From contig JAYPPO010000002.1 of assembly GCA_038131485.1 (NCBI GenBank), positions 710,908-774,907 on the forward strand: a stretch of 64,000 nt of DNA, in the 5' to 3' direction. The position numbers and the translations under genes are program-made. Below the pieces are notes generated by a model. That model saw only the letters and a list, made by a program, of their open reading frames with translations. It was not told the origin of the DNA and did no database searches. Positions 27,671-37,490 of the stretch are shown here, piece by piece; the first letter of the stretch is position 1; each line of letters starts with the position of its first letter. Source of the stretch: Alphaproteobacteria bacterium. GTDB lineage: Bacteria; Pseudomonadota; Alphaproteobacteria; MPNO01; UBA830.

Positions 27671-28942
27671 CTAGGTGCGACCGCCACTGCCGATCAGGAT
27701 GGCGCGGAAATCGTTCACGTTCGTCCGCGTCGGCCCGGTAACAATCAGGTCCCCTAAAATCGAGAAGAATCCGTAACTGTCGTGCCGGTCCAGATAATCG
27801 CGCGCATCGAGGCCGATCGCCCTGGCTCGTTCCAGCGTATCCGGCGTTATCAGCGCGCCGGCGGCGTTCTCAGTGCCGTCGATCCCGTCGGTGTCGCAGG
27901 CGATGGCGTGAATGCCGTCCGCGCCGTCGAGTGCCACTGCGAGCGCCAGCAGATATTCGCAGTTACGTCCGCCGCGCCCGCCATCTCTGCTGACCGTCAC
28001 CGTCGTCTCGCCGCCAGAGATCAACGCGCCCGGCCGGCTGGCGAGGGCGAGGCGGGCATGGTCGATGCCCAGGTCGCGGGCCTCTCCCTCGAGATCGTCG
28101 CCGAGAACGGTTGTGAGAAACCCAAAACGTTCTGCCATGGCGGCTGCCGCTGCGAGACCATCCGCAGGCCGGGCAACTATCTCGAAACGCGCCTCGCGGA
28201 GACGCGGATCGCCAGGCTTTACGGATTCCCACTCGCCCAAATCCAGAGCGTTGCGAGCGCCTGCCGGCAATTCAATACTGCGCTTCTCGGCAATAGCCAG
28301 CGCGTCGACGCAGCTTGTCGGATCGCTGACGGTCGGGCCAGATCCGATAACCGCTGGGTCGTCGCCCGGCACGTCCGAGATAGCGAGGGTGACGACCCGC
28401 GCCGGCGCGGCGGCTGCGGCTAGCCGTCCACCCTTGATCGCGGACAGATGCTTTCGTATGCAGTTGATCTCGCCGATCGGCACGCCCGAGGCGAGAAGTT
28501 GCCGCGTGATGGCCTGCTTTTCGACGAGCGTCAGCCCTTCGACCGGTTCGACCAGGAGCGCCGACGCGCCGCCTGAAATTAGACACAGCAAGAGGTCGTC
28601 CTTGCCCAGTTTAGCGGCCTCGCGCAGAAAGATTTTGGCCGCGGCGCGGCCAGCCTCGTCGGGCAGCGGATGGCCGGCCTCTATCACCTTGATGCGCTCG
28701 CAGTCGATCCCGTGACCGTAACGCGTGACCGCTAAACCTGTCAGTGCGGACGCATCGCCGGTCCAATGCTTCTCGACCGCCCGCGCCATCGCTGCAGCCG
28801 CCTTTCCGGCAGCGAGAACGAGTGTCCGGCCGGACGGCGGAGCGGGCAGGTGCGGCGGTACAGCATTGGCTGGATCGGCGGCGCTGACCGCCGAATCGAA
28901 TAAAGCGCGCAGGGTTTGTCGAATGTTCTGGGAAGTGTTCAT
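27671..28942 (-). CDS. glycerate 2-kinase / hydroxypyruvate reductase-type protein (DUF4147 + MOFRL, TtuD-like)
   Basis: The 785-aa track ORF 27671..30028 is a run-on. The real start is ATG 28942 (MNTSQNIRQTLRALFDSAVSAADP...LVLAAGKAAAAMA...). It overlaps the upstream EamA stop in an ATGA junction. Confidence 0.8.
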   Translation of the reverse strand: MNTSQNIRQTLRALFDSAVSAADPANAVPPHLPAPPSGRTLVLAAGKAAAAMARAVEKHWTGDASALTGLAVTRYGHGIDCERIKVIEAGHPLPDEAGRAAAKIFLREAAKLGKDDLLLCLISGGASALLVEPVEGLTLVEKQAITRQLLASGVPIGEINCIRKHLSAIKGGRLAAAAAPARVVTLAISDVPGDDPAVIGSGPTVSDPTSCVDALAIAEKRSIELPAGARNALDLGEWESVKPGDPRLREARFEIVARPADGLAAAAAMAERFGFLTTVLGDDLEGEARDLGIDHARLALASRPGALISGGETTVTVSRDGGRGGRNCEYLLALAVALDGADGIHAIACDTDGIDGTENAAGALITPDTLERARAIGLDARDYLDRHDSYGFFSILGDLIVTGPTRTNVNDFRAILIGSGGRT

Positions 28943-29871
28943 CTGCGTGCGCTTCCGCGCCGCGCGAGGTAGATGCCGCTGAGGACGACGATGCCGCCAA
29001 TTGCCTGCGTCGACCCGATTCGTTCGTCGAACAGAATCCAGGCCACGAACGCCGCGGTTACCGGCTGGATCAGAAGGCTGACTGAGGCGAAGGCTACTGG
29101 TAGGTGCGCCATCGCCCAGGCGATCAGCCCCTGGCCGAAGACCTGTGGCCCCGCGGCCAGCGTGATCAGCAATACCCAGCCCGCGAGCGTTTCGGGCGCC
29201 AGCGCATCGCCGCTCAGGATCGCGAGCGGCAGCATGCACAACGCGCTTGCCGGGACCGCATAGACCATTATGGTCAGTGTCGAGAAACGCTTGCGCAGGC
29301 GTTCCACTGACATCTGGTACGCGGCGTAGAAGACAGCCGTCATGATGCCGAGCATGTCGCCGAAGAAATGCGTCCGGCTGAGCGACAAGCTCGCCTGCGA
29401 CAGCACGAAGACGCCTACCATCGCCGCGGCGAGTCCGATTAAGTAGGTGCTTGTGACCCGCGTGCGGAATAGAAGCCAGCCGCCGAGCACTACGAAAACG
29501 GGTGCGATGTTGGCGAGCAGCGTTGAATTGGCGACCGTCGTCATCTTTATCGACAGGTGCCAGACCGCGACATCTGCCGCAAGATAGACTCCCGCCATTG
29601 CCAGCAGGATGAAATCGCGTAAGCCGTGCGGCTTCCGCGCCGCCGCCGGCGCGGCCTTGCGCGGTAGCACCGTCTGGATCGCCCAGTAAAGCGGGATGGC
29701 GAGCAGGAAGCGGTGGAACCCCGTCGCCGTCGGGCCGATTTCGCTTAACCGCACGAGGATCGGCGCGAATGCGATCGTGATCGCGCCCACGAACAGGGCC
29801 GCAATAGCTATCCGCTCGTTGCGAAGTGCCGCTATCGCATCGTTTGCTGCTTCGACGTCGGGTGGATTCAT
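28939..29871 (-). CDS. DMT superfamily (EamA-like) transporter
   Basis: Trimmed to ATG 29871 (MNPPDVEAANDAIAALRNERIAIAALFVGAITIAFAPILV...). About 10 hydrophobic segments. Confidence 0.8.
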   Translation of the reverse strand: MNPPDVEAANDAIAALRNERIAIAALFVGAITIAFAPILVRLSEIGPTATGFHRFLLAIPLYWAIQTVLPRKAAPAAARKPHGLRDFILLAMAGVYLAADVAVWHLSIKMTTVANSTLLANIAPVFVVLGGWLLFRTRVTSTYLIGLAAAMVGVFVLSQASLSLSRTHFFGDMLGIMTAVFYAAYQMSVERLRKRFSTLTIMVYAVPASALCMLPLAILSGDALAPETLAGWVLLITLAAGPQVFGQGLIAWAMAHLPVAFASVSLLIQPVTAAFVAWILFDERIGSTQAIGGIVVLSGIYLARRGSARR

Positions 29872-30071
29872 GGCTCGGCTTATATCCCGCGCGCAGCGCT
29901 GGTCCAATTGTTGAATTCGCCCGGCGCGCGGGCTGTCCCACTCCCGCTTCGCCTTTAGCCTGTCTTGAAAACAGCTGGCGATGAGGGGCGAATTGCCTGC
30001 CGCCGCTTTGCAACGCGCCGCGATCCACCTTATATCACCAGCAACTGATTCAAGGATGAGGACACATCGAC

Positions 30072-30371
30072 ATGGATGACCAGACCCGCATTGAGCTCGA
30101 AGCCGCCGCTTTCCGCGCGCTTCGCGACCATCTGCGCGAGCGCACCGACGTCCAGAATATCGACCTGATGAACCTGTCGGGCTTCTGCCGCAACTGCCTC
30201 AGCCGCTGGTACATGGAAGCCGCGAACGAGAAGGGCATCGAGATGGAAAAGGATGCTGCCCGCGAGATCGTCTACGGCATGCCGTTCAACGAATGGCGCG
30301 AAAAGTACCAGTCCGAGGCGTCCGACGACCAGAAGGCCAAGTTCGACGAGGCTATCAAGGCGCATCACTGA
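30072..30371 (+). CDS. DUF1244 family protein
   Basis: 99 aa. Contains DLMNLSGFCRNCLSRWYMEAA, characteristic of DUF1244. Confidence 0.75.
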   Translation: MDDQTRIELEAAAFRALRDHLRERTDVQNIDLMNLSGFCRNCLSRWYMEAANEKGIEMEKDAAREIVYGMPFNEWREKYQSEASDDQKAKFDEAIKAHH

Positions 30372-30437
30372 GAGTTTTCCAGAGGCCCCTATTTATCCAG
30401 CGGGTCAGCGTCGGTTTTCCCACGGAAATTCGCCCTT

Positions 30438-30446
30438 TGTGGATAA
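30438..30446 (-). promoter_or_regulatory. perfect DnaA box (TTATCCACA on the minus strand) upstream of gapR
   Basis: The plus strand reads tgtggataa. A near-box TTATCCAGC lies at 30392..30400 on the plus strand. Confidence 0.5.
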
Positions 30447-30532
30447 CCTGATGGCCCTGATTATTCCCGATTCGCGGACCGGCCCATAAGGTCCGACCAC
30501 ACCATTATGTGGAACAAAACGGGAGAATTTCG

Positions 30533-30799
30533 ATGGCTGAAGGAGGCCAGGTTGCGCAGGACCGTCTGCGCTCGTTTATCGAACGCATCGAGCGGCTCGA
30601 AGAGGAAAAAACGGCCTTGATGGCCGATATCAAGGAGGTCTATGCCGAGGCCAAGGGCACTGGCTTCGACCCCAAGACGATGCGAAAGGTCATTCGGCTG
30701 CGCAAAATGGACGACAACGACCGCCAGGAGGAGGAGTTTCTCCTCGACACCTATCTAGCGGCGCTCGGGATGCTCGAACAGCCGATCGCGGCGGAATAA
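30533..30799 (+). CDS. gapR: GapR-like nucleoid-associated protein (DUF2312)
   Basis: Trimmed to ATG 30533 with GGGAGA upstream. [51 protein letters not shown] matches the DUF2312/GapR pattern. Confidence 0.8.
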   Translation: MAEGGQVAQDRLRSFIERIERLEEEKTALMADIKEVYAEAKGTGFDPKTMRKVIRLRKMDDNDRQEEEFLLDTYLAALGMLEQPIAAE

Positions 30800-30940
30800 A
30801 ATGTAAAACGTTGCGTGCGGCTCTCTAGGGTGCGGCTAATGCCGGCCCGAACGCAACACTACGAACGCTCCTACAGCGTTCGCAATTTCTGCACAGCTTC
30901 GTGGGGGCCGGTCTAAGACCGGCCCATTTAGTTGTAGGGC

Positions 30941-31642
30941 TCAGAATTTCTCAACCCAGGGGCGGAGCTCTATCTCCCAGGTCCAAGAGCTGCGGTGCTG
31001 ACGGTGGACATAGAGATAATCCTTCGCGATTTCGTTGGGCAGGAGCATCGCATCCTCGCCGCGGTCGCCCGCGCGGGCATCGTCCGGGCCCTGCAGGATG
31101 CCGCCGTCGATAACGAAATGGGCGACGTGGATGTTCTGCGGTTGCAGTTCGCGGGCGAGCGATTGCGCGAGGCCGCGCAGCCCGAACTTGCCCATCGCGA
31201 AGGACGACGAGTTTGGGTAGCCTTTCACGCTGGCCGATGCGCCGGTTAGCAGAATGGAGCCCTTGCCGCGTGCGATCATCTGCTTTGCGGCCTGCTGCGC
31301 CACCAGAAAGCCGCCGAAGCAGCTGATCTCCATCGCCGTGCGGACTGCTTCGGGGTCGAGGTCCTGGATAGGCCCCCGCGCGCGGTTGGACGCGTTGTAG
31401 ACGACCAAGTCGGGTTCGCCGATTTCTCCGGTAACGGCGTCGAACAGGGCGGCGACGGAGGCAGGGTCGGCGGCGTCGCAGGCATAGGCGTTCGCGCCGG
31501 TCTCTCCGCATAGGTCCGCAAGCTTGTCGGTGTTACGCGCCGCGATTGCGACGTTCATCCCTTCGGCGGCTAACAGCCGCGTCAGCGAAGCGCTGAGGCC
31601 GCGTCCGGCGCCGACGATGAGCGCCGTTTCCTTGTCTGACAT
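30941..31642 (-). CDS. SDR family oxidoreductase
   Basis: Trimmed to ATG 31642 (MSDKETALIVGAGRGLSASL...), with GGGAGGAAG upstream. Short-chain dehydrogenase Rossmann motif and fold character. Confidence 0.85.
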   Translation of the reverse strand: MSDKETALIVGAGRGLSASLTRLLAAEGMNVAIAARNTDKLADLCGETGANAYACDAADPASVAALFDAVTGEIGEPDLVVYNASNRARGPIQDLDPEAVRTAMEISCFGGFLVAQQAAKQMIARGKGSILLTGASASVKGYPNSSSFAMGKFGLRGLAQSLARELQPQNIHVAHFVIDGGILQGPDDARAGDRGEDAMLLPNEIAKDYLYVHRQHRSSWTWEIELRPWVEKF

Positions 31643-31671
31643 GATCTTCCTCCCTGTCGACGGTCGGTTGT

Positions 31672-32262
31672 TTAGGCTTTGGGTGAGCGGACCCACGCGT
31701 GATTGACGACGCGCTGCACCCGCGCGGTATTTCGGATCACGTCGAGTACCGTATCGAGTTCCGCCTGCGAGCGGGCGGCGCCGATGAGATAGACAGTACC
31801 CTTGATGGACCGCCAACGGTAGTTGATTGACCGGATACCGTTCGTGGTCACGAGTTGCGCCTTCAGCTTGGTTTCGATCCACATATCGTTGGCGGCGGGC
31901 CCGACGCCGTAGGTGTTGGTCACCTGCATCTCGTTGATGACCTGTCGGACCCCCTCAATGCTGCGGAGGAGGTCGATTGCGCGCTGCTTGCTCTCCGGGA
32001 ATTTGATCGTTCCCGTCAGCAGGACACGGCCCTCGTAGACGTCGGTCGAAATTTCGAAGAACAGGTCGCGGTATCTTTCGCTTAGTAGCACCTCGTTGAT
32101 GTCAAGCGCGATGGCGCTGTCGCTCTTGAAGGCAGCGAACGAACGGTCTTCGGCGGGCGAGGACGCGACGTTCATCAGGCCGGTTGGCTGCGAGCAAGCG
32201 CCAAGGGCAAGGGCCGAGCAAAGGGCGACGGCGGCGGCGAGGGAACGGGCTAAATTAATCAA
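31672..32262 (-). CDS. BON domain lipoprotein (OsmY-like)
   Basis: Proposed TTG start at 32262, 7 nt after AGGAGA (MINLARSLAAAVALCSALALGACSQ, lipobox LGAC). Two BON-like segments (VLLTGTI..., VYLIGAA...). Confidence 0.65.
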   Translation of the reverse strand: MINLARSLAAAVALCSALALGACSQPTGLMNVASSPAEDRSFAAFKSDSAIALDINEVLLSERYRDLFFEISTDVYEGRVLLTGTIKFPESKQRAIDLLRSIEGVRQVINEMQVTNTYGVGPAANDMWIETKLKAQLVTTNGIRSINYRWRSIKGTVYLIGAARSQAELDTVLDVIRNTARVQRVVNHAWVRSPKA

Positions 32263-32398
32263 GGCACTTCTCCTATCTTTTAAGTGCTTGCATCCGTACG
32301 GCGGAAAATCCAATGAAATCCATGCGTTTCAGATGTAGGAAGAGTGTCGTGGGCGCAAAATTGATTTGCCGTGTGCCCGAAAATGTTCAGAGGCGCGA

Positions 32399-34174
32399 TC
32401 AGCGTCCGTACAGTGCCTCCAGCCGCTCGCCGTAGCGCTTGCGGATGACGTGGCGACGGATCTTCATCGACGGCGTCAGCATTTCATTCTCGGTGGTGAA
32501 TGTCTCCGGCGTCAGGATGAAGCGGCGAACCCGCTCGATGATCGACAGGTCGGCATTGATGCGCTCGATCGCCTCGCCGACGGCGGCGCGGAAAGCGTCG
32601 TTCCCGCACAGCTCAGGCAGGCGCGCCTCCGCCTCGTTTGCGCGCGCCCATTCGGCGGCGAAATCGGCATCGGGAACGATTAGGGCGACCAGATGAGGCC
32701 GCTTGTCGCCGTGGACCATAGCCTGGCCGATTTCCGGTTGCAGTGTGAGAAACCCCTCGATGCGCTGCGGCGAGATGTTGTCGCCGCCCGAATTTACGAT
32801 GATGTCCTTCTTGCGGTCGGTAATCGCGAGGAAGCCGTCATCGTCGATTGTCCCAATGTCACCGGTATGCAACCAGCCGTTGGTGACAGCCGCAGCGGTT
32901 TCGTCCGGCATGTTCCAGTAGCCCTGCATTACCAGCTCGCCGCGGACGAGGATTTCGCCGTCGTCGGCAATCTTCACGTCGACGTCGACGAAGGGTGGGC
33001 CGACCGTGTGAATCTTGTTACTGGACGGCAGGTTGCAACTCACTATGGGGGAGGATTCGGTCTGGCCGTAACCCTGAAGCAGCGGCACGTCAAGCGCCTT
33101 GAAGAAGACGCCGATGTCGTAGTTGAGCGGCGCACCGCCGGAGACCATGGCTTTCAGCCGGCCGCCGAAACGGCCGGCGATCTTAGCGCGCACTAACTTG
33201 TCCAGCAGTGGGTCCATCAGCCTGTCGCCGATCGTGAGCCCGCTGCCCTCGTACCGCTTTTGGCCAATCTCGACCGCGCGGAAGAACAGTTTCTCGGAAA
33301 GCCCGCCTTTATTGCGAACGCTGCGGACGATGCGGTCGTGCATCGTCTCGTAGAGGCGCGGCACGGCTGTCATGATCGTCGGCTTAACCTCTTCCATATT
33401 GGCGGCCAACCGGTCGATCGCCTCGGCGTAGTAGATCTGCGCTTTGATCGACAGCGGGAACATCAGCCCGGCGGTGTGCTCGTACGAGTGCGACAGCGGC
33501 AGGAATGATAGGAACACCTCGTCGTCGAGGCCGAGCTGAAGTAACAGGTGATAGGCGCCCTTGCAGTTCGACAGGATCGCCCCGTGGCTCAACATCACGC
33601 CCTTGGGCGTGCCGCCGGTTCCCGAGGTATAGAGCAGGCAAGCCGTATCGGCCCGGGCGATGTTAGAAACGTCGGGCGGCGCGTCGCTCTGGGCATCCAG
33701 CAAGGCCAGCCAGTCGTGGATGGCGGGCCCGTCGCTGGCCCACTCCAGCGGCTCCATCGAGATCACGAAGTCGAGACCCACGTCGCGGGCGGCCGGCAGC
33801 AGGTTCTTCGCGAGCACCGGGCCGGAGACGATGGCCCCGCGCGCACCGCTGTCGCGCAGCAAATGCAGATGATCCGAAATCTGGTTCGTGGTGTAGGCCG
33901 GAACGGCAATGGCGCCCGCGGCCATGATGCCGATATCGGCGATCATCCATTCGGGCCGGCTTTCCGAGATGAGTGCGACCCGGTCGCCGACGCCGACGCC
34001 CAGCGCACCCAGCGCCCGGGCCAGTTTCGCCGCCTCCGACCGCGCCTTCGCGGCCGTCGTAGCCTCCCAGCTTCCGCCCGCCCTGCTCCACAGGAATGGC
34101 GCGTCGCCCATCGCGGCCGTGTTCTCGAAGAACATGGCCGCAAGGCTGGTACAGGCGTCGTAATCCGTAGACAT
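32399..34174 (-). CDS. AMP-dependent acyl-CoA synthetase (long-chain fatty acid-CoA ligase-like)
   Basis: 591 aa. AMP-binding signature LLYTSGTGGTPKGV, plus GYGQTE and GWLHTGD motifs. Confidence 0.85.
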   Translation of the reverse strand: MSTDYDACTSLAAMFFENTAAMGDAPFLWSRAGGSWEATTAAKARSEAAKLARALGALGVGVGDRVALISESRPEWMIADIGIMAAGAIAVPAYTTNQISDHLHLLRDSGARGAIVSGPVLAKNLLPAARDVGLDFVISMEPLEWASDGPAIHDWLALLDAQSDAPPDVSNIARADTACLLYTSGTGGTPKGVMLSHGAILSNCKGAYHLLLQLGLDDEVFLSFLPLSHSYEHTAGLMFPLSIKAQIYYAEAIDRLAANMEEVKPTIMTAVPRLYETMHDRIVRSVRNKGGLSEKLFFRAVEIGQKRYEGSGLTIGDRLMDPLLDKLVRAKIAGRFGGRLKAMVSGGAPLNYDIGVFFKALDVPLLQGYGQTESSPIVSCNLPSSNKIHTVGPPFVDVDVKIADDGEILVRGELVMQGYWNMPDETAAAVTNGWLHTGDIGTIDDDGFLAITDRKKDIIVNSGGDNISPQRIEGFLTLQPEIGQAMVHGDKRPHLVALIVPDADFAAEWARANEAEARLPELCGNDAFRAAVGEAIERINADLSIIERVRRFILTPETFTTENEMLTPSMKIRRHVIRKRYGERLEALYGR

Positions 34175-34241
34175 CCGAGCGTTCCTAGTTGGCGTAACGG
34201 CTTTTGCAACTTATATCGTGGTCAACTCAAAGGAGCCACAC

Positions 34242-36038
34242 ATGACGACTAGAACGGCCGCCGCCGCGCAGGACGCGCCGCTCGGGAAATTGCCAGAGTG
34301 GAATCTCACCGATCTCTATCCCGGTACCGACAGTCCAGAGATCAAAGCCGACCTCGCCGCCGCCGCATCGGACGCGAGGGCGTTCGCCGCCGCGCGCAAG
34401 GGCAAGCTCGCCGGCTACGATGGCGATGCGCTCGGCGCTGCAATCGCCGAATATGAAAGCATCGGCGAGACGATCGGCCGGCTGATGAGCTTCGCGTCGC
34501 TCACCTTCGCGGGAAACGTCTCCGACCCCGCGATCGGCCGCTTCTATCAGTCGATCCAAGAGAAAGTGAACGCGATCTCGTCCGACCTGCTGTTCTTCGA
34601 GCTCGAACTCACGGATATCGACGACGCGACGCTCGAAAAACAGCTCGCCGGCAAGGCCGGTCACTATGAAACGTGGATAGCCAACGTTCGGGTCTACAAG
34701 CCGCACATGCTCGACGAGACGACCGAGCGTCTGCTGCTGGAGAAAAGCGTCGCCGGCCGCGCCGCCTGGAACCGGCTGTTCGACGAGACGATGGCGGATA
34801 TGCGCTTTGACGTCGACGGCGGCCGCCTGACGTCGGAGGAGGTCATGAATATGCTGTCCAACCCCGACGAGGGGTTCCGCAAAAAGGCGGCGAAGTCGCT
34901 CGGCGCTGAACTCGGCAGGCACGGCCGGCTTTTCGCGCGTATCACCAATACGCTGGCCAAGGAAAAGGAAATAGAGGATCGCTGGCGCCACTATCCGCGC
35001 CCCGAGTCGCTCCGAAATCTCTCGAACCAGGTCGAGGACGAGGTCGTTGATGCGCTCAACACTGCGGTGAAAACGGCCTACCCTGACTTATCCCATCGTT
35101 ACTACACGATGAAAGCGCGCTGGTTCGGCAAGGAGACGCTTGATCACTGGGACCGCAACGCGCCGCTGCCGGCGGCGGAGCACAGGGCGATCCCGTGGTC
35201 CGAGGCGACGGACACCGTGCTGACCGCCTATCGCGACTTCTCCGACGAACTCGCTGACATCGGCCAGAAATTCTTCGACAATTCCTGGATCGACGCCCCT
35301 GTCCGGGAAGGCAAGGCGTCGGGCGCGTTCGCGCACCCGACCGTGCCATCCGCGCACCCCTATCTGCTGCTCAACTACCAGGGCAAGACGCGCGACGTCA
35401 TGACGCTGGCCCACGAACTCGGCCACGGCTGCCACCAGGTGCTGGCCGCGCCGCAGGGCAATCTGATGGCCGACACGCCGCTAACGCTGGCCGAAACCGC
35501 GTCTGTGTTCGGCGAGATGCTGACCTTCCGGCGCATGCTGCGCGCCGAGGAAAACCCGGCACGCCGCAAGGAGATGCTCGCCGGCAAGGTCGAGGACATG
35601 CTGAACACGGTGGTCCGCCAGATCGCGTTCTACAATTTCGAGCTGCGCGTCCATAACGCGCGGCGCGAGGCCGAGCTGACGGCGGACGAAATCTGCGACA
35701 TCTGGATCGACGTCCAGACCGAGAGCCTCGGTCCCGCCATCCGGTTCGACGACGACTACCGCTGGTATTGGACCTACATACCGCATTTCATCCACTCGCC
35801 GTTCTACGTCTATGCCTACGCGTTCGGCGACTGCCTCGTGAACTCGCTCTATGCGGTCTACGAGCAGGCGGAGAACGGGTTCGCAGATAAGTATCTCGAC
35901 ATGCTGCGGGCGGGCGGCACGCTGCGCCACATTGAGCTTCTCGCGCCGTTCGGCCTCGACGCCTCCGACCCGGCCTTCTGGCAGAAGGGCCTCGGCGTGG
36001 TTCGCGGGCTGATCGACGAACTCGAGGCGATGGAGTAG
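34242..36038 (+). CDS. M3 family oligoendopeptidase (PepF-like)
   Basis: Trimmed to ATG 34242 with AAGGAG upstream. Zinc motif LAHELGHGCH. Confidence 0.85.
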   Translation: MTTRTAAAAQDAPLGKLPEWNLTDLYPGTDSPEIKADLAAAASDARAFAAARKGKLAGYDGDALGAAIAEYESIGETIGRLMSFASLTFAGNVSDPAIGRFYQSIQEKVNAISSDLLFFELELTDIDDATLEKQLAGKAGHYETWIANVRVYKPHMLDETTERLLLEKSVAGRAAWNRLFDETMADMRFDVDGGRLTSEEVMNMLSNPDEGFRKKAAKSLGAELGRHGRLFARITNTLAKEKEIEDRWRHYPRPESLRNLSNQVEDEVVDALNTAVKTAYPDLSHRYYTMKARWFGKETLDHWDRNAPLPAAEHRAIPWSEATDTVLTAYRDFSDELADIGQKFFDNSWIDAPVREGKASGAFAHPTVPSAHPYLLLNYQGKTRDVMTLAHELGHGCHQVLAAPQGNLMADTPLTLAETASVFGEMLTFRRMLRAEENPARRKEMLAGKVEDMLNTVVRQIAFYNFELRVHNARREAELTADEICDIWIDVQTESLGPAIRFDDDYRWYWTYIPHFIHSPFYVYAYAFGDCLVNSLYAVYEQAENGFADKYLDMLRAGGTLRHIELLAPFGLDASDPAFWQKGLGVVRGLIDELEAME

Positions 36039-36046
36039 CCGGCCAC

Positions 36047-37402
36047 ATGGCCTCTTCTGGCGAAGACAACTCGCTTGGCGGTCGTGCCAAGCGCTATGCC
36101 CGCGTGGGTCGGCGGCGCGCCGTCGGCGGTCTTGCCGCGCGCGTCGCGGGCCAACGATATCTCGGGCTCGAGCTCGACAAGGGCAAGCACGCCGAAGATC
36201 TCAAGCAGGCGCTCGGCGGCCTCAAGGGCCCGTTGATGAAGGTCGCGCAGATCATGTCGACCGTGCCCGACATGCTGCCCGAGGAATACGTCACCGCGCT
36301 GGCCGAGCTGCAGTCCAACGCGCCGTCGATGGGCTGGCTGTTCGTCCGCCGCCGCATGACGACCGAGCTCGGGCAGGGCTGGCAGGATAGGGTTGAAAGC
36401 TTCGAGCGGGAAGCCGCCGCCGCGGCTTCGCTGGGCCAGGTCCACCGCGCCGTGCACAAGGATGGCCGGCAGCTTGCCTGCAAGCTCCAGTATCCCGATA
36501 TGCAGTCTGCAGTGGAGGCCGACCTTCGCCAGCTGCGCATCGTCTTCGGCATCTATCACCGCTACGACAAGGCGGTCGATCCGAGCGAGATCCACCGCGA
36601 GGTTTCTGATCGGCTGCGCGAGGAACTCGACTACGAGCTCGAACGCAAGCACATTGATCTCTATCGCGAGATACTGGCGAAGGAGACCGGCGTCCACGTT
36701 CCCGAACCGGTGCCCGAGCTGTCGACCAGGCGCCTGCTGACCATGACCTGGCTCGACGGAACGCGCCTGCTCGACTGGGTCGACGCGGATCAGGAAACCC
36801 GCAACACGGTCGCAAAGAATATGTTCCGCGCCTGGTACGTGCCGTTCTACTACTACGGCACCATCCACGGGGACCCGCATCTCGGTAACTACTCGGTTCG
36901 CCAGGACGGCTCGATCAATCTGATGGATTTCGGCTGCATCCGCATCTTCCAGCCGCATTTCGTGCAGGGCGTGATCGACCTCTACAACGCGCTCAGGACC
37001 GACGACCGCGCCCTCGCGGTTCACGCCTACGAGACGTGGGGGTTCACCGGCCTCTCCGACGACGTGATCGACACGCTCAACATGTGGGCGGAGTTCGTTT
37101 ACGGCCCGTTGCTCGAGGACCGCGAACGCCGCATCCAGGAGACTGACGGCACAATGTACGGCGCGAAGGTCGCCAACAAGGTGCACGGCGAACTGCGCAG
37201 ACTCGGTGGTGTCACGCCGCCCCGAGAATTCGTGATGATGGATCGCGCCGCAATCGGTCTCGGCTCGGTGTTCCTGCATCTCAAGGCGGAAGTGAACTGG
37301 CACCGCCTGTTCCACGACCTGATCGGCGATTTCGACGTCAAGGCGCTGGAAAAGCGCCAGTCGGCGGCGCTGAAAAAAGCCGGGATCGACAGGCCGGAAT
37401 AG
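36047..37402 (+). CDS. ABC1/UbiB (AarF) atypical kinase family protein
   Basis: 451 aa. LKGPLMKVAQIMST...LQSNAPSM...AASLGQVHRA pattern of ABC1 kinases. Confidence 0.85.
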   Translation: MASSGEDNSLGGRAKRYARVGRRRAVGGLAARVAGQRYLGLELDKGKHAEDLKQALGGLKGPLMKVAQIMSTVPDMLPEEYVTALAELQSNAPSMGWLFVRRRMTTELGQGWQDRVESFEREAAAAASLGQVHRAVHKDGRQLACKLQYPDMQSAVEADLRQLRIVFGIYHRYDKAVDPSEIHREVSDRLREELDYELERKHIDLYREILAKETGVHVPEPVPELSTRRLLTMTWLDGTRLLDWVDADQETRNTVAKNMFRAWYVPFYYYGTIHGDPHLGNYSVRQDGSINLMDFGCIRIFQPHFVQGVIDLYNALRTDDRALAVHAYETWGFTGLSDDVIDTLNMWAEFVYGPLLEDRERRIQETDGTMYGAKVANKVHGELRRLGGVTPPREFVMMDRAAIGLGSVFLHLKAEVNWHRLFHDLIGDFDVKALEKRQSAALKKAGIDRPE

Positions 37403-37490
37403 CGCCGAATCCCCCTTTTGAGGCGCCGCACGCCTGACTACAATACGGTATCAGTAGCCCCGCACATCGCGGGGTTGGGGGGTAGGTAAG

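Noticed and set aside
27671-30028. 785-aa ORF spanning the glycerate kinase gene and, upstream, the DMT transporter gene (read in a different frame)
   Set aside because: The N-terminal ~360 aa are a low-complexity read-through of the EamA gene in a different frame. The conserved glycerate-kinase sequence starts at ATG 28942, which forms an ATGA junction with the EamA stop.
30372-30532. Replication origin at the DnaA boxes upstream of gapR
   Set aside because: Only one perfect and one near-perfect box. There is no AT-rich unwinding element. It is interpreted as possible transcriptional regulation instead.
35858-37315. 485-aa minus-strand ORF antisense to the ABC1 kinase gene. Similar long ORFs occur at 43447..44589, 44463..45665, 58237..60258, 41293..42894, 55387..56730, 38500..39408 and 61008..62120.
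   Set aside because: They are Arg/Ala/Gly/Pro-rich with no recognisable motifs. They lie antisense or out of frame to genes with clear conserved motifs. These are typical stop-poor shadow ORFs of high-GC DNA.
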